53,337 bases of DNA from Klebsormidium nitens (taxonomy: Eukaryota; Plantae; Klebsormidiophyceae), in contig DF237555.1 in the NCBI GenBank assembly GCA_000708835.1, forward strand, positions 1 through 53,337, written 5' to 3'. Position 1 is the stretch's first letter. Each line of letters starts with the position of its first letter. Of the stretch, positions 40,997-53,337 are shown one piece after another. Under the pieces are notes generated by a model. That model did not search any database, was not told where the DNA came from, and saw nothing but the letters and a program-made list of their open reading frames with translations. Both the position numbers and the translations under genes were made by a program.

Positions 40997-42116
40997 AGGG
41001 GTGCCCCAGAGCAGAGAGATTGCGGCCACTGGAAAAATCTGTTTTAGGCGTCACCTGAACTCGATGCACAGGCGATGTACATGGGACTAGAGCCAGAACT
41101 TCTCTTTGAATGTGCATAGGTACTGCTGCTTACATACATTCACAAAAGAAACCGCCGTCTGGAGGTCATCCGGCACTTACATATGGGAACCACTTGCGGT
41201 GCACTTCATTGATACTGCAGAGCCCCAACCAACTTCGACCAAGAACATGGTGGTGCCAATCTCCGTAGCACCGACACCCCCGGCTGCTCTCAGAAGAAGT
41301 GGCAGGCAGAGACCTTTGACCAATTCAACTTGAAGTTGCGCCCTTCCTTGACCCACTCCAGCCAGCAAACTTGTCATTGGTACAACTTTTAATACAAGAC
41401 TATGTACACCTTCAGCCTACGGTACTTTAATATAGGTAGACCGTAGGTAGTTGTAGTGGGTACCTACCGTACCGGCAAGGGAATTCACCACCTTTTGGTG
41501 TGAAAAGCATCCTGAGGTTTCACCGGGCGCGTTGAAATTTTATTTTTTCATTTCACACAAGCACTTGTTTTGCTTTCCACACACTCTATTAGCAGCCCAA
41601 AATGATACTTATGATTCCAGAAAATGTTAGTTTCACCTTTTCACAGTTGGGGTGACCCTTGGTTTTGTTAACCCTTTTACAACTTTAATTTGTTGAAAGT
41701 ACGGTACCGGTACTACTTGCAACAAAAACACCTGGCCCTGCACCTAGGCCGCTGCATGGGACCTGGGCTTGGGGTCTTCAGACTGAAACTTTTCATGCAG
41801 GAGCCTAGGCGAGTAGGTAGCTCTGGCTTGGAGGCGGAGCTCTGGAGGCGCAATAACTTGGGCATAAGAAGCTGAACCCACCTTGATTGTCTGTGTGCTT
41901 CATGCGGCCTCAACTCACGCTACCATTCAGCATCACAGGCACTGGCAGCCAATTGGGAAGTCGACCTTTGTGTAATTAGTCCACTGAGTGGAGCTTCCAA
42001 TCCGTAAGACATCGGACCTGCCTACATGTGAGTCAAATCTGCGCAGAGTAATTCGAAAAGGTTGGAGCCAAAGAAGGGGTATAGCGGTAGAATTAAGGAC
42101 ATAGCAGTCCTTCGTC

Positions 42117-45183
<3,067 letters not shown>

Positions 45184-48100
45184 GGTCGTTTGAGCTGGAC
45201 GTTCTATGCAAAAGCAGACTCAAAGCAACGGTGGTGGACCTAAGAAGCAATTGTTTTATGTAATCTTCAGAAAGGTCCTTTGCTGTGGCAGACCAAAAAC
45301 ATGTATCGCAGGTGTGCTTAACTTGCAGAGTGGCGGAAGATGTGTATGGTCGACGTGCTGCTCAGCCGAACATGAGGGGATCTTGGCGGAAGCCCTTTCA
45401 GTGCTCGCAACCTTTTTCTGAAACTTAGCACGGCCTGAAAGAGATCTGGGGCTTGCATTCATTGACTGGATGCCAGTCTGCAATGGCGATCCCTTTTGTG
45501 CTCCATATTGCGAGACTGGCCTGAAGCAGTTTGACATGGCAGGTCTGGTTTCTTTAGACTATGCTATGGATGCCAGCTCGAAATAGCTGCTGGTGCGCCC
45601 CTTCTTTGATTTAGGCTCCCCAATTTCGCGGATTGATTACCACATCCCACATTTGCCAGTGTCTTTTGGTGGCACCACGCGTTTTCCAGCTAGTACACGG
45701 TTTTGTTCGCATGCAACACCCGCTAGTGGCATGTGCAAAGTACTTCATCAAGGCAGTGGCATTGCATTCAATGATGATGAAGCAAAGGTCCCATTCTTGA
45801 GCTCAATCTACTATCAGCTTGTTATAATTATGGTATTCGCTTCAAGGCTTATCTTGCTCAATATCAACGTGTATGTGTTCATATACTCAAATGGTGTTCT
45901 CTTTTCAATGTTTGGTTGGCTTAATTTGATTTTCATGTATTTTCTAGACTAGTAGTACACGAATGACTAGCTTCAAAGCGGGTCAAAATGGATGAAAGGT
46001 CTTACTAACTGACTAACACTATAATTAGTTTTGCATCAGGCTTAATTTGCTACGTACTGCTTCAATTCAATTTGTCACGTTGCAAAGCTTCGCTCTACGT
46101 TGGCGGAGTCCAATTTTAGAAACGTGTTCGATTTGCGACTTCCACGCGTACAAGCTCAGATTTCCTCTAGGAGGGCTATAGGCACGAAGACTGAAATTTG
46201 CTTAGGATCCAATCACCTTAAGATCAGGCAAGGCATGATGATCGATGTGACACGCAAATAGGCCGGGTTGCAACAATATGAAGTTGCAAAGCTTGAGATA
46301 TATCATGCAGTGCAAGTGCTAAGGCCATGAACGAACATAACAAACTAATAACTACAGACATTCAATAACGATTCCGTATATTTAATTCTAGCTTAACACT
46401 AAGATTTTCTACTCGCGATATACTCAATATTCAAGTTGTATATATCCGACTCTTGATGTACACAATATCGTTTACATGAAGATTGTATTCGTGGCCCAAC
46501 TGCTTCAATACTTGAAGAGATATCTCTAGCGCGCTAGCAATATATTGCAGGGCTCAGTAAGGGAATGATATATGCATGCAGCCGCCGTACTGACTCGGAG
46601 CATGCAAGTTGCGGAGACTACAAGTTTCATGCACTCGGCGGAGCGTTGCATGCCCGTGATGGCGCTCAGTATTAAAGCTTGGCTCGGGGTTCAATTTATC
46701 GTACAACAACAAGCCGCGGCCTATGAGTGACCACCGCATGCACAGCTAGCCTGAGCGCTGGCATAGTGACATTAGTCATTCATGCCACTGAATCGGATCC
46801 GATCATATAGCTGCGGCCCGGCGCGCGTTCAAGTTAGCTGCATATGCACATAACTGCGAATGAGGAGGCTATGTATCCGAGGGACCAAGGGCTAGTGTCA
46901 GCCGGGTGTCAGCCGTGACCAAGGCGCGGCGCCATATATTTACGTACAAATAGTATGTTACACTTATAGAGCCTGCATCATTGCCAGCTCTTGGACGATC
47001 GATCAAAAATCCGAGCCTTGCCAAGATGCGACATCATGCATTGGCCGGCTCGCATACACTGACTGAGGCTGCATGTGCACTCTTACCTGCTAATTGGAAA
47101 GGCATTAGAGCCGTAGAGCTCGACCGGTTAATTTCCGCGGCCGGCCCGGGCCAGGCTCAGTGGCCGCTCATGCAGCTCTGATTCGATCATGCACCGCGTC
47201 ACTGGGGCCGCGGTGATCGATTAACTATTTGTCTCTTATAAAAATCAAAGATTTCATGCATTGGAAGCGGTATTTCCGCCATGGCTATATATAGCCTCTG
47301 GTACGTTGCTTGATCGAGGACTTTGAACATGACGCGGTGAACTTGAACCGTCTAGCTTGCCGCGCAATTTTTTTTACTAATTATATATAACGGTCTGCGA
47401 AATGTACCTTGATCGATTATAGTCCTATATGCAACTGTTCGATCATATTGTATAAGTTATGTAGCATGTACGCTGCATGGAGTCCATGTTTCAACTTCAC
47501 CTCAGCGCCGGGCCGGCCGAGACCGTTAGAGTACGTCGTCGATCTTGACTACGTATCCAACATGATCGTCGGATCATGCTGCATGTTGTCCGGCGAGTCA
47601 CTGGAGTGGTTTGTGATCGAGTCGAGCTAGCCTCGGAGTCCGATTATTATCTGTTTACAGCTTGTCAAGTTCGGTCCACAATTCGTCCTTGCTGTCAATG
47701 ACATGCAAAAGGTTGCTTGAAAACTATGATCACCAGTGCGCCTGCCAGCAACTACAGTAACCCATTGCATGCATATAGGTGCCACCAAAGTTTTGAAACA
47801 TATACTTTTCGGATCATGTGCCTCCAATATCTTGAAACATATATACTCAACTCATGCAAAGTGAAGTGTTCAGACCGTGTTCCAGGATGACGATCCTTCG
47901 AGATTTTGAAGACAAATATTGAGAAACCATGCTTTACAGAGAATTCCTGCACACCGCGACATGACGCCGTGACAGTCTTATTTAGCAAAGGAATCGATCA
48001 AGTAGGATGAAATCTGCTGTATAATCTCGAGACTAAGATGCGATATCGATTGGATACCATCAATAAAAATATATATATGCTTACAACTTTGCAAAAGCTT

Positions 48101-48389
48101 ACACGAATCTACGTAGAGTGTGTCCGGATGACAAGATTGATTAAGCGGCGTGCTTTGTACACCTCTGGTCGGACTGTTTGCACGCTTACCCCCTAGGTGT
48201 TGCGCAACAAGGCATTGCAGGGGCGGAGCAGACAGTCGTACGGCAAGGACGTGCAGCGCCCATGCGGCGCCACCATCTTTGGTACAAACGCTCCCAGCTC
48301 TCAGGCCCCATGCAGCACAGGCTACTGCAATCTTCTTCCCAGTTGCCTACCTCTTTCGGTATGCGTGCACTCTGGGTAAAGCAGGCCGA

Positions 48390-51300
48390 TCAGACCACCA
48401 GGAGATCTTCGACGTCCTTCTTAAATGGCCCCCGTAGCTTGGCAATGGCGGTGTTCTACAGGACACCATGGGAAGAAATGCGTTGTAACCTCTGCCGGGC
48501 GTTTCTCGCATGACATGAAGGAAGAGCAAAGAGATAACGCGCACGCTTGCGCATATGCGCTCCCAAATCTGAAAGTTTGCAGCGTCATAATGCAACGCGT
48601 GGCAGATTGAAGTCGTCACGTCCCCGGCACAATGTGCTTACCTGCAACTTGGCAACCTTGGCAAAGCGTACGCTGGCGAGCTTCGATGTCTGCATTCAGA
48701 TGGAAAAATCAACATCAGTGCTCCCGTCTCTCAACACGGATGCGCAAGGTCGGGATTGCTGCGAGTGGCGCACAGTCCGCATGCAAGCACGCCCTTGGCC
48801 TGTATTGCCCGGCCGCATGTTCAAGCCCCCGGCTGGGCGCGGCGCCTAAAACCGTACCTGGGCCAGGTTGTGCACGGGCTGCCCGCGCAGGCCCAGCCGC
48901 AGCTCCAGCACGCGCGCCTCCTCCGCCTCCAGCTTGCACAGCAGCCGCTCGATGTCGTGCGGCGCGCCCTCCTGCGCCAGCATCTGCACACACCCACGGG
49001 GGCGCTCGATCATCCGGAGTCGCCCGAGCGCCCTGAGCCGCCGAGCCTCTCATCTCTGCACCCACTCACTTTCCTGCCACTCATACAGCAAGCAGGACCT
49101 CTTTTCATCACGGGATCATGCGTGCAGCAGCGCGGTGGGGCTGACCTCGTAGGGGTCCTTGTGGCAGTCGGGGTCGGCCAGCTTGTCGGCCCAGTCCGCC
49201 ACGCGCTCCCCGCTGGCCAGGCTGCGCTGCAGCAGCGCGGGGCCACCGCTCTCCAGGGAAACCACCTCCTGCGACGCCGCCAGCAGCAGGCGCACCGCGC
49301 CCTCGCTCAGCCGCACCGCCGCCGCGGTCTCCGCCAACGTCGCAGGCCGGCCCAGCTGCACCAGCAGCAGCTGCAGCAGAGGGGAGAGTGTGTGTGGGGG
49401 GAGGGTCGAACGGCGAGACCGGTTCGAAGAGGCGGGGGTAAGTCGACCGGGAAGGCAAAGAGCATGCGAAGGCAGAGTGGGTCAGGAAGACGGGCAGAAG
49501 TCACCAGGGAGGCCGCTGCGGAGAGGACTCCACGAGGACCAGGGAGGGGAGCAAGGGGACGGGCGGGGCGGGCCTCACTGCTCGGGCCTTGGCGATCTTG
49601 CTGAGGCGGTCCCAGGCGTACGCGGGCAGGCGCACCAGCCGGCTGTCCTGCCGAATGGTCGCCTGGATGCTCTGCACGGCAGCAAGGCGGGCCGTCAGAA
49701 GGCAACGGCCAGGAGCATGCGCCCCGGCCCGGGAAGCGGCCATAGCCCTCGGGGCTGTGACGCGGTTGAGACCAAGAAGAGGGAGGACTCCGCTATCTTA
49801 CAAACCAAGAAACACGTTCCTGGCATAAATGCCACAAAGGGCAAAACCATTGAGACGGTTCAGGTCCACCAATTTAACTGGCTCATCGTGGATTAAAATT
49901 CATTACAGCACTTTTCTCATGAAAACACAACATGGCGAGAGCAACGCAAGTGAGGCTGATTGCTCGGAAAGCCTTTCCCACTTGAGATCCGTGCGACAAT
50001 GAGCTGTAGAGGGGACACCACTCAAAAGCCGTGTGAAAGCAACGAAGTGCTCAGCCACCCTCAGGCGTGCCTTCCTGTGCACACGAGGGCGGCAGCAGGC
50101 GTACCAGGATCTTTGACGAGAAATCCGCGACCATCTTCAAGGCACTCTCTTGCGCTACACATCCATCATGCAAGTCGGGCAGCGCGTGGCGCGGGGCTGA
50201 CCTGGCGGATCCAGTAGGTGGCGTACGTGCTGAAGCGGAAGCCGCGGCGCACGTCGTAGCGGTCGACGGCCTTGAGGAGGCCCACGATGCCCGCCTGCAC
50301 CAGGTCCTCCAGGTCAAGGCCGACGCGCGGGAACGACTGCGCCACCGACACCGCGAGGCGCAGGTTGCCCTCCACCAGCCGGCACTTGGCCGCCACGCCC
50401 TGCTCCACCCTGCAGCAGCGCACCCGCAGCGTCAGCCGGCACGCGAGGGGGGGCCGCACAGCGGAGGAGCAACCAGCGGTACAGCATGCACCGGCAAGGC
50501 GGACGCAGAGGGCAGGCATCAGCGGGGCCCAAAGGGAACAGCACAGGCGAGAGGGAGTCGCGCGTTCAATCTCCAAACAACTATGATTTCCACTTATGCG
50601 CCTGGACCTTGTGACAGGTCCTTCGTAATACATGCAATCATCCAAACGCACACCCACTGTCCACTGCGACTTTTGGAGTGGCACGTGTCTAGTTGCAGGA
50701 AAGAGCAGCATGGAGCCCGGAGAGACAGGCGGGGGTCTGCACCTTCGCCGCAGTTCTCCAACGGAGCTCAGCTCTGAAGCCTCGCTCCACTCCTCGTCAC
50801 TGGGGGAGCGCTGTAATCGAACTTCTAATTCATCTCGGACTGCACGGAGGGCGTGGTATGCCTGCAGATTGAAAACCCTTCGTAAGCGGAGATACAGTGC
50901 GTCTATACAAATGTAGGGACTTCAGATGCAACAGTGCCATAAAGTACTCTTCCGGCCACAGATTTGTCTCCACGACGGCCTTCATTTACAGCTGTTTGTA
51001 TCAAACTTGCCCATTGGGTTCCCTCCTCTCCCAAGCAAAGTTCCTGATCTCAAATGTTTGCTGCCTTCCTTGTCGTTGATCATACGATCCAAGATCAGGA
51101 AACATGCTTACAGCATTTTTAACCCGATGGCAGTTTTGATGCAGAGAATGTACATGCACCCCCTGCGCCCGAGGAGGGGCCCTCACCAGAACCCTGCGGC
51201 TGAACTTCTTCTCCTGCGGCAGCGTGAGCCGTGGGTAGCACGCCAGCAGCAGGTGCAGGTGCGTCGCAGTGCCCGTCTGGTCCGCCCCATCGCGCCGCGC

Positions 51301-52193
51301 CGCCGCCTCCGCGCTCCGCTCGTACTGGCGCGCCCTCTCCTGCAGCAGCTCGCGCAGCCGGGCGGTGGAGGCCTGCTGGCGCCGCACGCGCCTCTGGACC
51401 AAGGTCTGCGTGGCGGGAGCTGCTGCCGCCACCAGGGCCTGGACCTGCGGGGCTCACGAGGATGAGCGGCAGAGCTAGCAGCAGAGGGAGAACGAGCAGC
51501 ATTATCAGCGTATCAGGAATTTGTTGGGTTGAGAGCCGAGGCTCCGGAGCAAGCCAGTCGTTCCATCAATCTGGTTGGTCGATCTGGTGCACACAAAGGC
51601 CTAGTACGGCTCATACCAATTTGAGAAGTCGTCCCACAATTGTGCAAGTTCAAGATGAGTGCGCTGCTCAAGCATTGGGATGAAGTGGCAGAATGGCAGG
51701 AGGGCCCCTTCACCTTCTCTGAGGGTGCTGCGGGTGCTGCAACCACCGAGACCCGCCCGTTCCGGATGCGCACCAGCCGGTCCCCCAGGCGCACTGTGCC
51801 ATCCTGCCAGACGGTGTCCCGGTGCTCCCCCCGCCGCACCCATTCCTTGTACACCGCCATTGTAGCCGCCTCTGACCCCGTCACCTCAGCGCACTTGCTG
51901 CGCTCCTCCAAGGGAGGCTGGCGGCTGACCAGCGGTTCTACCCGGCGGCGCTGTGCGGGCTGCCTTCCAGCTGCCGCATGCCGCCAGTCAACGACCTCTG
52001 CGGGCAGCGGGGGCGGCCCTGTAGGGACACCCCCGTGCCCAGAGCTGCGCAACGCCTCCCCTGACTGCGTGCCTACTGCGTGAAGGCAGCACACACGGAT
52101 ACCACCTGGTGCGCACTTGCTTGGTGAACACGGGTGTGCCGTCTTACGTAAGTAACATGAATTGTCAAGACTTGATATTTGGGCGCTAGCCAT
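48390..52193 (-). CDS. Nucleus-encoded plastid-type RNA polymerase sigma70-family factor (9 exons)
   Basis: Transit-like MASAQISS. Region 1.2 YPRLTLPQEKKFSRRVL; LQRSPSDEEWSEAS; region 2 LVEGNLRLAVSVAQ...DLEDLVQAGIVGLLKAVDRYDVRRGFRFSTYATYWIRQ|SIQATIRQDSRLVRLP; region 3 LGRPATLAETA; region 4 LEAEEARVLELRLGL...NLAQ|TSKLASVRFAKVAKLQ|NTAIAKLR...LLVV*. Last exons 48689-48642 and 48455-48390. Confidence 0.88.
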
Positions 52194-53146
52194 CACAGAC
52201 ATATCCTAGTATGTGTGTAGCAAGGACCATCGGGAGTCCAATTGAGGTCAGGCACAGCTTCGCCCCTCCAGCCAGGACCTGCTCACATGCAGCATGCCAC
52301 ACCAAGCCCAACCAGGATGAGAAGAGAAGAAGAGCACAAAAAGACCGTGGTCAAAATCCAGATACAAGAGATTCTGTCATCTATTCAAGAGGGAGACCTC
52401 AAAGTGACACATGCCCCTTCTAGCTGCAAGACCTTGCAACAGCTTTTCGAGCAGAATCCGGCAACTTGCAAGCTGCCTTGCTTGATCGCAAAAGAAAAGT
52501 TGCAAGCCCCACTCAGGCACGGCTTTTATTCTGGGGTCTGCAAGAAGATCTCCTGGACAGCGTCAAGGTCTTGAGATATGTCACACCCAAGCCACACCAC
52601 CAGCATCAGGCAAAGCTGCAGGCTCTCTGCCGCACCGCCCCTTTCAAATTCTAGGCTACCTACGTTGCGCCAAACTTGAAATGGGGGTTCACACTCTTTG
52701 TGCGCGCTTTTACTACGGTATGGTATTAGGACCTGCATCTAAATAAATTTAAAATTTCGACACTCGAGAATGACGCTTCCACGTCAGAACAGCATGGTTT
52801 CCCACGAAGTTTTCTCCCGGCCGGCCAGCTATTGGCGTCCCCCCAGTTCTGTGGGCTCGGTAGTAGAGATTTGGCTCTACCGGCCGGCTGGCCCCGCCAA
52901 GCACCTGCATTTGCTGCCGCCTAGGCAGCCGGCGGGGTGCCTTCGGTACCGGTCGGGGTCCCTGCTCGGCCGGCCTTGTCCTGGTTCTCCTGCAGCCGGC
53001 TGTGGAACCCCTGCAGAACAGGTTAGCGTTTGGATGGTGTGTGTCAAAAAGAAGGCATAAATATTTACCCCGAAAACTTGGGTATTTGGGTTGGGTAAAT
53101 TGGCTGCTCGAATGACGTCATCTTTGCTTTGCACGAATGAAAGGAA

Positions 53147-53337
53147 GGGTTTTGGGGTTTTAGGGTTTTAAAGAACGTTGATGTGCATTGCATCAAACAA
53201 CTTCTGCGCTTTCAGGATCTGCAAAAATCTCGGAGATCGAAAGTTAGGGTTTTAGGGTTTTTCAACTTTTTGCATGACGTCATCATTATTTGGTTTTAGG
53301 GTTTTGGAGTTTTAGGGTTTTAGGGTTTTAGGGTTTT
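53147..53337 (+). repeat. Telomere-type (TTTTAGGG)n repeats, degenerate proximally
   Basis: Perfect (TTTTAGGG)3 + TTTT at 53310-53337. Further units near 53155-53170, 53243-53262 and 53294-53301. G-rich strand points to the end of the sequence. Confidence 0.85.

Noticed and set aside
46098-46145. Pol III A-box/B-box-like words (TGGCGGAGTCC ... GTTCGATT)
   Set aside because: Both boxes are poor matches, spacing is short, and there is no cloverleaf; no tRNA or SINE can be supported.

Overview
Eukaryotic, intron-rich nuclear DNA from a green (Viridiplantae) organism. It is most likely a streptophyte alga, inferred from a land-plant-subfamily-II-like PP2A, FdC2, a plastid-type sigma factor and a flagellar CFAP157 homolog. 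The window ends in TTTTAGGG telomere-type repeats with the G-strand running toward the right end. The ORF track is mostly noise because the genes are spliced. Splicing GT-AG exons by hand gives 11 genes: CSN8 (+), FdC2 (-), ZPR1 (+), an AGC kinase (+), glucose/ribitol-dehydrogenase-type SDR (-), CDC48 (+), CFAP157-like (-), an orphan intronless MGCGAS protein (+), SPT4 (-), PP2A catalytic subunit (+) and a sigma70-family factor (-). CSN8 and SPT4 are barely visible in the ORF track. There are four N gaps. The most unusual observations are: (1) a sigma factor whose region 4.2 recognition helix and some 2.4 residues are replaced; (2) an inverted-repeat-framed, G-quadruplex/telomere-like cassette family found twice, each about 740-750 bp upstream of an ATG; (3) a TTAA-flanked, GG...CC-ended TIR element with a Kolobok-like signature; (4) a dual-acylation orphan gene head-to-head with CFAP157; (5) a recurring GACTCCGAGTC-type promoter motif; (6) sub-gene-scale CpG/GC mosaicism. 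All family calls rest on motif recognition from memory; no database search was run.
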